A stretch of DNA of 64,000 bases, from assembly GCA_965222155.1 (NCBI GenBank), contig CBDCTH010000012.1:3200001-3264000 (forward strand), read 5' to 3'. How positions within the stretch are numbered: the stretch's first letter is position 1; the number at the start of each line of letters is the position of its first letter. Position numbers and translations under genes: made by a program. The notes under the pieces were generated by a model, which saw only the letters and a list, made by a program, of their open reading frames with translations, did not search any database and was not told the DNA's origin. The DNA comes from Gammaproteobacteria bacterium. GTDB lineage: Bacteria > Pseudomonadota > Gammaproteobacteria > Eutrophobiales > Eutrophobiaceae. Positions 29,277 through 38,722 of the stretch are shown in pieces.

Positions 29277-30311
29277 TCAAGCGTCGCGCAGTCTCGGCAT
29301 TACAGCTTCCGCAAATAAGCGGGTTTGTTCAACCATTGCGATTTGTCTTGCCGAGTGGGGCGTTGCAACGGGGGAACCGCCTAATATATAGATATGATCC
29401 AGATCATATTCCAGTAATACCTGCATCCGCTCAAGACATTTTTCCGGAGGACCGCAGATGGAAAACCAGTCAACGAATTCATTATTTACCAGAGACAGGT
29501 GTGAACCTTTATCCTGAGCATGATGCTGCATGTCATAACCTTGCTGCATTTTTTCCGCCAGGGGTTTCAACTGCGCCGGAAGATGGTTCAGTGGTGCATT
29601 CTTCATCCCGGCAAAATGGGCAACCATGCCCGATATCATCCTGCCGAGATTAATCGCCGTCTGTTCATCATGGTCACAAACCAGGTTGATATAGGCGCCT
29701 ATCCGGATGTCGTCCCGGTTTCGTCCGGTTTCCTTCAGTCTTTGTTTTGCTGTGGCTAACGCCCAGTCGATTCTTTCCGGTGCGCTGCCTACGGCAAAGC
29801 TTATCCGGTCGGCCACGTCTGCCGCCATGCGAATGGTTTTGGGTCCGGTACAGGCAATGTCTATCGGCACGGAAGACAAGGTGTCCGGCCCAAGCCAGCG
29901 CAATTTTGAAGCTTGTTCACCACGTCTGATCGTCTGTCCGTTACAGTAGGCCCGCACCTGTTCAACGTATGTTTTTAATTGCGCCGTTGTGGCATTGCCG
30001 CGGCCGATATGCGCCAATGAAGAGTCGCCGCGGCCGATACCGCAAATACAACGCCCATCGGACTCGATCTGTAGCGTGGCAATGGCGGAGGCAGTCACCG
30101 CCGCATCGCGAGTTAAAGGGTTGGTAACCCCCGTTCCCAGTTTTAATCGTTTCGTCTGCGCCGCGGCCAGACTGAGTTGCCCGTAAGGTTCAGGGCTTAA
30201 ATTCTGTGTATCAGGGCATAACAGAATATCGAACCCCATGTCTTCGATCTCTCCGGCCAAGGTTGCCGTATGGCCCGGTGAGGTTTCCATAATGATGCCG
30301 ATTTCCCGCAT
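29277..30311 (-). CDS. LLM-class flavin-dependent oxidoreductase
   Basis: PDTQ, LGTGVTNPLTRD, GIGRGDS, GPKT. Confidence 0.92.
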   Translation of the reverse strand: MREIGIIMETSPGHTATLAGEIEDMGFDILLCPDTQNLSPEPYGQLSLAAAQTKRLKLGTGVTNPLTRDAAVTASAIATLQIESDGRCICGIGRGDSSLAHIGRGNATTAQLKTYVEQVRAYCNGQTIRRGEQASKLRWLGPDTLSSVPIDIACTGPKTIRMAADVADRISFAVGSAPERIDWALATAKQRLKETGRNRDDIRIGAYINLVCDHDEQTAINLGRMISGMVAHFAGMKNAPLNHLPAQLKPLAEKMQQGYDMQHHAQDKGSHLSLVNNEFVDWFSICGPPEKCLERMQVLLEYDLDHIYILGGSPVATPHSARQIAMVEQTRLFAEAVMPRLRDA

Positions 30312-30314
30312 TAA

Positions 30315-31460
30315 TCAACTCCGATCATCATCCCGGCGTGGGACTGCCACCGGATTAAATGCATTTCCACGGCCGGAATCCAGTAACGGTCCGTCATTCC
30401 GGCGAATGCCGGAATCCAGTTGAAAAAATTCCCTCACCAACCTGAATTGCACCTTTCCTTCTTGAACCAATGCATAGATATATTTGGCCTGACCACCCGT
30501 ATCCTGTAACAGCGGTTGATGAGTGGGTAAGGCTACGGCGCGCCATTCCGCCTGTTGTTCCCCATTCAACTCATGCACCGTCACGTCCATTGCAGGTAAT
30601 GAGTTTCGGAAATAATTGTCCAACTCCGCCCGGATGAGTGTCCGATTTACCTCCACACTTTCGATGCTATCGAAAATAATGCGCCTGTGCCTGTCAGACA
30701 GGCCATCGTACCATTCCTTGTTAGCCAGAATCGGCCCCATGTCAAAAGCATGTCTGGTCAGTATCAGGTGCGGCGCCGCCTTGGCAATACCCGCCAATGT
30801 ATACATGCCTACACCCGTTTGGCCACTTTCAATCAGGTTCGTTTGCAGTGCAGGGATCACCTCTGCAAAACTCAATGGAATGAGATCGGCGCCGATTGCC
30901 TCGGCAAAATAACGCGAGCCGAGGGCATTCGACGCCCGCATGGATATTCCCCTGGTCGCAACCGGCGTCATCAACGGTTTTTTTCCATAAATATAAAACC
31001 AGCCGACTTCTGACCATTGAATGAGAGTCAGGCCTTTTTCCGCAAACAGTTTTGCATAGGCATCCGACAGGTAGTGATCCATCACAAATGCTGCTTCGTC
31101 ACGGGAATCAAACAGGTAAGGCGCCAGCAACACATTCAGTTCCGGAATAAGGGTGGCAACCCCCTGTAATGCAAAACCACCGATCTGTATCCGTCCCCGG
31201 CGCAGGTTTGCCAACGCGGTCTCTTCACTGCCCAGTTCGCCGGAAATAAACAAGTCCAGATCGATCTCGTCAGCGCCTTTCGTCTGCTCCAGCGTTGCCG
31301 CAAACCGCAGCCAGAAATCATGCCAGGGTGTGTTTGGTATGCCCAGCGAAGTCACCCTCACCTTCAGGCGCTTGTCCGGCTCTTCCGTGCAGCCGGCCGT
31401 CTGGGTGATGATGACTGCCAGTAATAGAATAATCAGGCTTGTACGTTGGAGCAATGGCAT
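30315..31460 (-). CDS. dctP: TRAP transporter substrate-binding protein
   Basis: GELGSE, LAPYLF, IPALQT; C-terminus extended through a REP. Confidence 0.85.
   Translation of the reverse strand: MPLLQRTSLIILLLAVIITQTAGCTEEPDKRLKVRVTSLGIPNTPWHDFWLRFAATLEQTKGADEIDLDLFISGELGSEETALANLRRGRIQIGGFALQGVATLIPELNVLLAPYLFDSRDEAAFVMDHYLSDAYAKLFAEKGLTLIQWSEVGWFYIYGKKPLMTPVATRGISMRASNALGSRYFAEAIGADLIPLSFAEVIPALQTNLIESGQTGVGMYTLAGIAKAAPHLILTRHAFDMGPILANKEWYDGLSDRHRRIIFDSIESVEVNRTLIRAELDNYFRNSLPAMDVTVHELNGEQQAEWRAVALPTHQPLLQDTGGQAKYIYALVQEGKVQFRLVREFFQLDSGIRRNDGPLLDSGRGNAFNPVAVPRRDDDRS
30392..30419 (+). repeat. CGTC-type REP palindrome
   Basis: CGTCATTCCGGCGAATGCCGGAATCCAG; relatives at ~51042-51069 and 54977-55003. 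Confidence 0.7.
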
Positions 31461-31548
31461 CCAGCTCGCATGTTGGTGAGAGTTAAATGTCCTTTTGTTA
31501 TATCATTAATGGCGGTTGATAGAAACCCTTACTAAACGGGAATTAGAA

Positions 31549-32081
31549 ATGGCAATTTTTTTTTTGCAACCTCTGGGGCGCATGGAGCGCGTCATCACCA
31601 CCACCGCGTTTGCTTTATTAATCGCAACAATCTTCCTTGACGTATTCAGCCGGGAAATAACCGGCGTGGGATTACATTGGGCTCGTCAGGCAGGGGTCTA
31701 CGCGAATATCATCGTGGTCATGTTCGGCCTTGGCCTGGCCTCAGCAGGTGGCAACCACCTGCGGCCGCGCTTTGCCGACAACTGGATGCCGGCGCGCTGG
31801 AACCCCATCATCATTCGCCTTCAGGATGGCTTGATGAGCATGTTTTGTCTGGTTGCAGGAAGCGCTGTGTTGCAGGAAGCGCTGGCTCGCAGTTGACCTG
31901 GGAGTCGATAGTTTTGGGCGAACGTTCAACCCTGCTCCCGGTCCTGATCTGGCCCATCCTGATGGTGATTCCACTAGCCTTTTTCCTGGTGGGGATACGC
32001 CATGTAATTTATGCTGCCTATCCCGCATTATCGCCCCGGGACCCATTAAGTATCGATCCCGATTCCACTCCCCATGACTGA
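31549..32081 (+). pseudogene. dctQ: TRAP small permease, frameshifted at a 16-bp duplication (31852-31884)
   Basis: DVFSRE..G..WA; HLRP; C-terminal half in another frame. Confidence 0.8.
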
Positions 32082-33336
32082 AGCCCTGCTCCTGACGGTC
32101 CTGATTGCAGTCCTCATCCTGCTGCGTCAGAATCTTGTGGTCGTGCTTGGTGTGGCTACTTTCTATGTCTACCGGGTCTATGGGGATGAGCCGCTGCGTT
32201 ATGTCATCCTGGATGGCTGGCACGCGTTAAATAAGGACATCCTGCTTTCGATCCCCCTGTTTATCCTTGCCGGCCAGATTATGACGCGCGGTACCATGGC
32301 CGATCGTCTGGTGCGTCTGGTCAAGGCCGTCACCGCGCCGGTCCCTGGTGGTCTTGCCGTTGCAACTGTGCTTTCCTGCGCGTTGTTCGCAGCCATTTCC
32401 GGTTCGTCCACTGTGACTCTGCTGGCGGTGGGAGGAATCATGTACCCGGCGCTCTTGCATGCGGGTTACTCCAAGTCTTTTTCGCTCGGCGCCCTATGCG
32501 CAGCCGGCACCCTGGGCATTGTGGTACCATCCAGCATACCCTTGATTTTATATGGTGTGATGACCCATACCTCCATTACCGATTTGTTTATTGCGGGCAT
32601 CCTGCCGGCGCTGGTCCTCACCGCGCTGATGAGTGCTTATGCACTCTGGTTCAACCGTATGATTCCTGCGGGCAGTCTGGACCTGGGCGAATTGTAGGAA
32701 GCCTTACAACAGGGTATCTGGTCATTGTTCATGCCGGTCTTGATCCTGGGAGGAATCTACAGCGGCCACTTCACCGCGACGGAATCCGCCGCGGTTGCCG
32801 TGGTATACGCTTTTGTTGTGGAATTGTTCATCCATCGCGAACTGAAACTGGCGCAATCCCATGAAGTGATTGCCGACACCACCAGGCTGCTGGGTTCACT
32901 GTTTCCGGTGCTGATGTTTGCCGTCAGTCTCAATACTTTTCTCACCTATGAACAGGCGCCCATGACGGCAGCTGCCTGGTTTGCCGAACATGTTGCCAAT
33001 CAACAAGGGTTTTTACTGGGTGCCAACCTGTTCCTGTTGCTGGTAGGCGCTATTATGGACATCGGCTCAGCGATACTGGTTCTGGCCCCGACGCTGAAGC
33101 CCATCGCCCAGAGCCTGGGAATGGACCCGGTGCATTTCGGTATCGTCATGATCGTCAACCTGGAGATCGGTTACCTGACCCCACCGTTCGGATTGAACCT
33201 GATCATCGCGATGGGCGCGTTCAAGGTGACTTTCATGGAAGCCTGTAAAAGCGTCGTTCCGTTTCTTCTGCTGATGTTGTGCGGGCTGTTTATGGTGAGT
33301 TTTTTACCGGGGTTATCGCTGTTCTTATTGGGTTGA
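32074..33336 (+). pseudogene. dctM: TRAP large permease with in-frame TAG (32695)
   Basis: IPLFILAG, AISGSS, PSSIPLI, FTATESAA, DPVHFG, LTPPFGLNL in one frame. Confidence 0.9.
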
Positions 33337-33419
33337 TGGGCCGGGACCAGAACGCCGATACACTGCCATACGGGGCTGAGCCGAAATCCGCTGAAATAAT
33401 GAATTGGGACGAACGGTGT

Positions 33420-33605
33420 CAGATGCTCCCGCTAAATCGAGGTCAATACAGTGATTCTTGTCGGATTCGAAGACGGGAGGGGACAGATTTAAATCTGTCC
33501 CCCGGGAGACTGACCATAACGGGGCATGTTTCCCTGGGAGGGAGGGCGTCTCGCCCTCCACGAGGGCAGGATGCCCTCGATCCCGGGAGTCAGCGGGAGC
33601 ACCTG
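33420..33605 (+). mobile_element. REP-carrying MITE, copy 2
   Basis: TIR CAGATGCTCCCGCTAA / TCAGCGGGAGCACCTG; flanks GAACGGTGT / GAACGGCGT. Confidence 0.85.
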
Positions 33606-33612
33606 GAACGGC

Positions 33613-34491
33613 GTGAATAAGCTTGACAGAATACTGATGGTGACACTGGGTTGTGCTGATCTTGCAGCTGCTGAAGAGGCCTATTGCCGCCATTTACACT
33701 ACCGGCGGGTCGACTCAGGCTGTATACCCGGGGAACTGGCGCAGATGTGGGGGCTGGAGGCGGTCGCCGGGTCGGACTATACCTTGCTGGCGCCCGAGGC
33801 TGACACTCGGCATTTTATCCGCTTGATCCGGATTGACGCCGGTTACGAAATTCGACCTTTCAGCGGAGCCGGATGGAACGCGGTGGAGATCCTCGTCAAC
33901 GACGTAGACAGCCTGGCAGACTCCCTGATCGGTTCCCCGTTTACTATTGTCGGCCCGCCCGCTGATTTGTCTTTCACCGACAGGGTCCGGGCCTGCCAGG
34001 TAACAGGTCCGGCCGGCGAAGCGATCTACCTGACCCAGATCAAGGGCGCCATCCCCGGTTTCAGTCTGCCGGAGACTGAGCGAAGCGTGGCGCATTGTTT
34101 TGTCATTATCCTGGCGACAGCTTCACTCTCCGCCGCCAAAGGCTTTTACCGGGACCGCTTCGCTGTCGCCGATGCACCGGTCATTGACGCGCGGGTCACC
34201 ATGTTGTCAGCAGCCTTTGGACTGCCCCGCGACTACCTGCACAGGATCTCGGCGCTCACCCTGGGCAACCCGGGTTACCTGATTGAAGTGGATGAACTCC
34301 CGCCCGCCAGCGCGGAAAGGCGGGCGATAACAGGATTACTTCCGCCGGGTATTGCGATCGTGAGTTTTACCAGCAATTCAGTCCTGGATAGCAGCAGGAA
34401 CCGCCCACTTGCCAGCCATCCTTATGACGGCAGGCAAGTAGGTTTTTATTCGGGGCCATCCGGTGAAATGCTGGAATTGGTCTATTCTTGA
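33613..34491 (+). CDS. VOC/glyoxalase superfamily protein
   Basis: GWNAVEILVNDVD, GPAGEAIYLTQ, GPSGEMLELV. Confidence 0.75.
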   Translation: MNKLDRILMVTLGCADLAAAEEAYCRHLHYRRVDSGCIPGELAQMWGLEAVAGSDYTLLAPEADTRHFIRLIRIDAGYEIRPFSGAGWNAVEILVNDVDSLADSLIGSPFTIVGPPADLSFTDRVRACQVTGPAGEAIYLTQIKGAIPGFSLPETERSVAHCFVIILATASLSAAKGFYRDRFAVADAPVIDARVTMLSAAFGLPRDYLHRISALTLGNPGYLIEVDELPPASAERRAITGLLPPGIAIVSFTSNSVLDSSRNRPLASHPYDGRQVGFYSGPSGEMLELVYS

Positions 34492-35060
34492 GATTTATTT
34501 CCGTGCGCGCCGAAGACGCAGTAGTCTTCCTTTTCCACCAGGTCAAAGGCGAACAGGAACTTTGTCATACCGCTCAGCACGGCCATGACCATGCCAAGCT
34601 CCAGCAGTTCACCATCGCTGAAATGGTTTTTCAGGTCCGCGTACAGGGATTGCGTCAACACGCCATCCGGGTTGGTGAGCAGCATCTGGTCGGCCAGCCT
34701 TAATGCGGCTTTTTCCGCGGCGCTGAAGGAGGCGTCTTCATAGTCGGACAGACCCACGATTTCAGCTTCGGTCAACCCGGCCGCCAGGGCGTCCCGGCGG
34801 TTACCCTGGTTGCAGAAACGGCAGCCGTGGATAGTGGACAAACGCAGCCGCACCAGTTCCTTGATGCGCCGGGGAACTGTGCCGCCGTAGAATACTTCCT
34901 GGTAAAATCGTCCCGTATACCAGTCGAATAACCCGGGGTTATTCCCGAATACCTCAAAAAACGTGGCATCGCCGCGCAGTTCCATGGATTTCTGCCAGGC
35001 GTCGCGTAAGTTTTCCGGCAGCTCATCCCGGTGGACGCGTTTAAGAAAAGGTGATGGCAT
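34482..35060 (-). CDS. Carboxymuconolactone decarboxylase / AhpD-like protein
   Basis: KELVRLRLSTIHGCRFC, EKAAL..AD, LKNHFSDGELLEL. Confidence 0.88.
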   Translation of the reverse strand: MPSPFLKRVHRDELPENLRDAWQKSMELRGDATFFEVFGNNPGLFDWYTGRFYQEVFYGGTVPRRIKELVRLRLSTIHGCRFCNQGNRRDALAAGLTEAEIVGLSDYEDASFSAAEKAALRLADQMLLTNPDGVLTQSLYADLKNHFSDGELLELGMVMAVLSGMTKFLFAFDLVEKEDYCVFGAHGNKSQE

Positions 35061-35062
35061 AA

Positions 35063-35239
35063 CAGCAGTTCCCGCTAACTCCCGGGTTCGGGGGCATCCT
35101 GCCCTCGTGGAGGACGAGACGCCCTCCCTTCCAGGGAAACATGCCCCGTGACTCCTGGGGGACAGATTTAAATCTGTCCCCTCTGTCTTCGAAGCCAGCA
35201 AGAATCACTATATTGACCACGAGTCAGCGGGAGTACCTG
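35063..35239 (-). mobile_element. REP-carrying MITE, copy 3
   Basis: TIR CAGCAGTTCCCGCTAA / TCAGCGGGAGTACCTG; perfect 9-bp TSD ATGGCATAA containing the start codon of the adjacent gene. Confidence 0.9.
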
Positions 35240-35350
35240 ATGGCATAATCAGTCCTACTACTTGTCATAATAATATAATTATATAACATGTCATCGAGGT
35301 GACATAATACGGCAACTCCCGCTGGTGCTTGCAGGACTACAGAACAGACT

Positions 35351-36535
35351 ATGACAGGCCAGGAATTACCGCTCGACGGGATCAGGGTCGTTGAATTCTC
35401 CCACATGGTCATGGGGCCTAGTGCCGGCTTGTTGCTTGCCGACCTGGGCGCCGACGTCATCAAGGTGGAACCGTTGGGTGGGGATAATACGCGGCGCCTG
35501 CGGGGTTCCGGCGCGGGTTATTTTTCCATGTACAACCGTAACAAGCGCAGCGTTTGCATCGATCTCAAGTCGGAACAGGGCGGGGAAATCGCCAGGCGCC
35601 TGATCAGGAACGCCGACGTATTTATCGAGAATTTCCGACCCGGCGCCATGGACCAGGCAGGTTATGGCTACAATGAGCTGTCAAAAGACAACCCTGGATT
35701 ATTATATTACTCCGCCAGGGGCTTTCTTTCTGGGCCCTACGAACAACGTACCGCGCTGGATGAAGTCGCGCAGATGATGGGCGGACTGGCCTATATGACC
35801 GGCCCGCCCGGGCAACCGTTACGCGCAGGCGCTTCGGTGATCGACGTGATGGGCGGCATGTTCGGCGTTATCGGCATCCTCTCGGCGTTGGAGCTGCGCC
35901 ATCACAGCGGCCGGGGCCAACGCATCGACAGCGCCTTGTTTGAAAGTACGGCCTTCCTGGTCGGCCAACACATGGCGCAGTACGCCGTGACCGGTGAGCC
36001 GGCCCCGCCCATGCCGGTGAGAATATCTGCCTGGGCAATTTATGATATCTTCGACTGCGAGGACGGGAAACAGGTATTTGTCGCTGTAGTCAGTGATACC
36101 CAGTGGAAGAAATTCTGTGATGATTTCTCCCTGGATGAATTCGCCCGGGATGAGACTCTTGACAATAATGCCGGCAGGGTAGACCGGCGTGATACGATCA
36201 TCCCGCGGGTACGTTCGCTGTTCCTGGGCTTTAGCGCAGAGGAACTGATGCAACGGCTCGATCAGTGCGGCCTGCCCTATGCCCCCATAGCCAGGCCTGA
36301 GGATCTGTTCGACGATCCGCACCTGTTGGCATCCGGCGGCCTGCTGGATCTGACCACGCCGGAAGGCCGGCGCACCAGCTTGCCGGCATTGCCCGTGCAG
36401 ATGAATGGAAAACGCCTGGGGTTAAGGCGAGAGGTGCCGCAGCAGGGAGAGCATACCCGTGAGGTCATGCAGGAACTGGGATTTACCGACGCCGATATCG
36501 ACGCGCTGATCAATGCCCGGGTGGTGGCGGGCTAG
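35351..36535 (+). CDS. CaiB/BaiF family III CoA transferase
   Basis: PLDGIRVVEF, LADLGADVIKVE, NRNKRS, ENFRPG, GEHT. Confidence 0.95.
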   Translation: MTGQELPLDGIRVVEFSHMVMGPSAGLLLADLGADVIKVEPLGGDNTRRLRGSGAGYFSMYNRNKRSVCIDLKSEQGGEIARRLIRNADVFIENFRPGAMDQAGYGYNELSKDNPGLLYYSARGFLSGPYEQRTALDEVAQMMGGLAYMTGPPGQPLRAGASVIDVMGGMFGVIGILSALELRHHSGRGQRIDSALFESTAFLVGQHMAQYAVTGEPAPPMPVRISAWAIYDIFDCEDGKQVFVAVVSDTQWKKFCDDFSLDEFARDETLDNNAGRVDRRDTIIPRVRSLFLGFSAEELMQRLDQCGLPYAPIARPEDLFDDPHLLASGGLLDLTTPEGRRTSLPALPVQMNGKRLGLRREVPQQGEHTREVMQELGFTDADIDALINARVVAG

Positions 36536-36569
36536 ACCGGATATTGAACCGGTAGATGTGACAGCAAGG

Positions 36570-37199
36570 CTAACGCCTCAGATAAGCCCAACTACGTGTT
36601 TGCCTGTCCCTGAGCTGAAACTCCTCTATCAATTCCGTATGCTTCAGGGTTATCTCAATGGCATCCAGTCCCTGCAGCAGCATTTCCTTGTATATCGGTT
36701 CAATATTGAAACGGAAGCTCTGTCCTGTATCACTGCTGACCGTTGTGTTTTGCAGGCCGATGGTGATGCGGCTAAGCGTGGACGCGCTGGGGTTGACGCA
36801 TAACGCGTTGATTGACGGCTCCGGCAGTCTTACCGACAGCAAGCCGTTACGCATTGCGTTATGGTAGAAGATGGATCCAAAACTGGGCGCAATAATAGCT
36901 CTGAAGCCGTATTCCAGCAGCGCCCAGACCGCGTGTTCCCGGGATGAGCCGCAGCCGAAATTACTGCCGGCCAGTAGTATACTGGCGCCGGCATACTGTG
37001 GTCTGTTGAGTATGAACTCATGGTTGATCTCCCGCTTCTCCCGACCCCCGCTAAGATAGCGCCAGCCGGCAAACAATCCCTCGCCCAGACCGCGTTTTGA
37101 TACATGACGTATCTCGCGTGAGGGAATGATGGTATCGGTGTCGATATTGATACGGTTTAACGGCGCCGCAGTGCCCTCATGGATAACAAAAGGTTTCAT
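36570..37199 (-). CDS. leuD: 3-isopropylmalate dehydratase-like small subunit
   Basis: NIDTDTIIP, NFGCGSSREHA, SFGSIF. Confidence 0.88.
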   Translation of the reverse strand: MKPFVIHEGTAAPLNRINIDTDTIIPSREIRHVSKRGLGEGLFAGWRYLSGGREKREINHEFILNRPQYAGASILLAGSNFGCGSSREHAVWALLEYGFRAIIAPSFGSIFYHNAMRNGLLSVRLPEPSINALCVNPSASTLSRITIGLQNTTVSSDTGQSFRFNIEPIYKEMLLQGLDAIEITLKHTELIEEFQLRDRQTRSWAYLRR

Positions 37200-38608
37200 T
37201 AAAGATTCCTGAGAGAACGCACATCCGTAATGCAGCCTTTGAGCGCCGAGGCCGCGACGGTTACCGGACTGGCCAGGTGGGAACGCACTCCCGGACCCTG
37301 GCGTCCTTCAAAGTTACGATTCGTGCTGGTAATAACGCGATTACCCGCGCAGAAACCCTCACCTCCGGCGTAAAAACACATCGAACAACCAGCCTCGCGC
37401 CATTCAAATCCAGCGTCCTGGAAGATTTCATGGATTCCTTCCTGCTCTGCTGCGTGTTTGACCTGACCGGAACCTGGAACACAGATCGCTTTGACGCCCT
37501 GCGCAATCCTGTTGCCTTTGAGGATAGCGGCCGCGGCGCGCAAATCACTGAGCCGGCTGTTTGTGCATGAACCGATAAACGCTGCGTCGATAGGAACAGA
37601 GGCGATGGCGGCGCCGGCATTGAGACCCATGTAATCCAGGGCGCGCTGCATCCCCAGGCGCGCTGTTGCGTTAGGCTCCGCACTCGGATCAGGTATCACT
37701 GCGGAGACACCTATGACGTGTTGTGGACTGGTCCCCCAGGTGACGCTCGGTTCGACCTGCCCAAGGTCCAGGTATAATTCCTTATCGTAAATTGCGCCCA
37801 CATCGGTGTGCAGTTTGCCCCAGTAGTCCAGTGCCGCATCCCAATCGGCACCTGCAGGGGTATAGGGGCGTCCGGCGATGTACTCCAGCGTTGCCTCATC
37901 GGGGGCGATAATCCCCGTAAAAGCAGAAAATTCCACGGCCATATTGCACAGGGTCATCCTGGCTTCCAGAGACAATTGTCTGATACCGGGACCGTGGTAC
38001 TCGATTACGTAGCCGCTCCCGCCAGAGGCGGAATATTTTCCAATCAGGTGCAGGATCACGTCTTTAGCGGTTACGCCGGCAGACAGGTTCCCCTGCAGGT
38101 ATACTCCCATTTGTCCCGGTTTGACGACCCTCAGGGTCTCGGTAGCCAGGGCATGCTCGCAGTCGCTTGATCCGATCCCCCAGGCCAGTGCGCCCAGTGC
38201 GCCCAGGGTGCAGGTATGGCTGTCCGGGCAGACGACAGTCAGCCCAGGCAGGGCGATGCCCTGTTCGGCAGATATGACATGAGAGATGCCCTGGCGCGGG
38301 TCATTGATGTCAAACAGCGTGATGCCGTTGCGCCTGGCTTCCTGGCGCGTCTGGGTAATGAACTGTCGGCCGCCGGGCATGGTGGTCTCATCGCCGCGGC
38401 CGGGAAAGGTATCGATGATGTGATCCATGGTGCAAAAAACCTGACCCGGATTTCTTACCCGGCGGCCTGTTTCAGCCATGCTGCGTAACGCAATGCTGCC
38501 GGTGCGCTCATGCAGGAAAATACGATCGATATGGAGCAGGGAGGAGCCGTCCCCCAGGTCGGCGATCAGGTGATCCTGCCAGATTTTATCGAATAATGTC
38601 TTCGGCAT
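37199..38608 (-). CDS. leuC: 3-isopropylmalate dehydratase-like large subunit (probably catabolic paralog)
   Basis: KTLFDKIW, DSHT, FIGSCTN, GCSMC, STNRNFEGRQG; non-canonical LHERTG instead of VHEVTS. Confidence 0.88.
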   Translation of the reverse strand: MPKTLFDKIWQDHLIADLGDGSSLLHIDRIFLHERTGSIALRSMAETGRRVRNPGQVFCTMDHIIDTFPGRGDETTMPGGRQFITQTRQEARRNGITLFDINDPRQGISHVISAEQGIALPGLTVVCPDSHTCTLGALGALAWGIGSSDCEHALATETLRVVKPGQMGVYLQGNLSAGVTAKDVILHLIGKYSASGGSGYVIEYHGPGIRQLSLEARMTLCNMAVEFSAFTGIIAPDEATLEYIAGRPYTPAGADWDAALDYWGKLHTDVGAIYDKELYLDLGQVEPSVTWGTSPQHVIGVSAVIPDPSAEPNATARLGMQRALDYMGLNAGAAIASVPIDAAFIGSCTNSRLSDLRAAAAILKGNRIAQGVKAICVPGSGQVKHAAEQEGIHEIFQDAGFEWREAGCSMCFYAGGEGFCAGNRVITSTNRNFEGRQGPGVRSHLASPVTVAASALKGCITDVRSLRNL

Positions 38609-38620
38609 TTACTGTGTCCG

Positions 38621-38644
38621 GGGACGGATTTAAAATCCGTCCCC
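38621..38644. repeat. GGGAC-type REP palindrome
   Basis: GGGACGGATTTAAAATCCGTCCCC; relative at 50356-50380 and inside the three MITEs. Confidence 0.7.
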
Positions 38645-38670
38645 ATTTTCCGGGCATTGTTTCCCCGATT

Positions 38671-38690
38671 ATGTTATAAAAGTATAACAT
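38671..38690. promoter_or_regulatory. Putative GntR/HutC operator
   Basis: ATGTTATA-AAAG-TATAACAT between divergent genes. Confidence 0.55.
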
Positions 38691-38722
38691 TAGAACCTTG
38701 TCCAGGTTGCATAAAGAACGTC

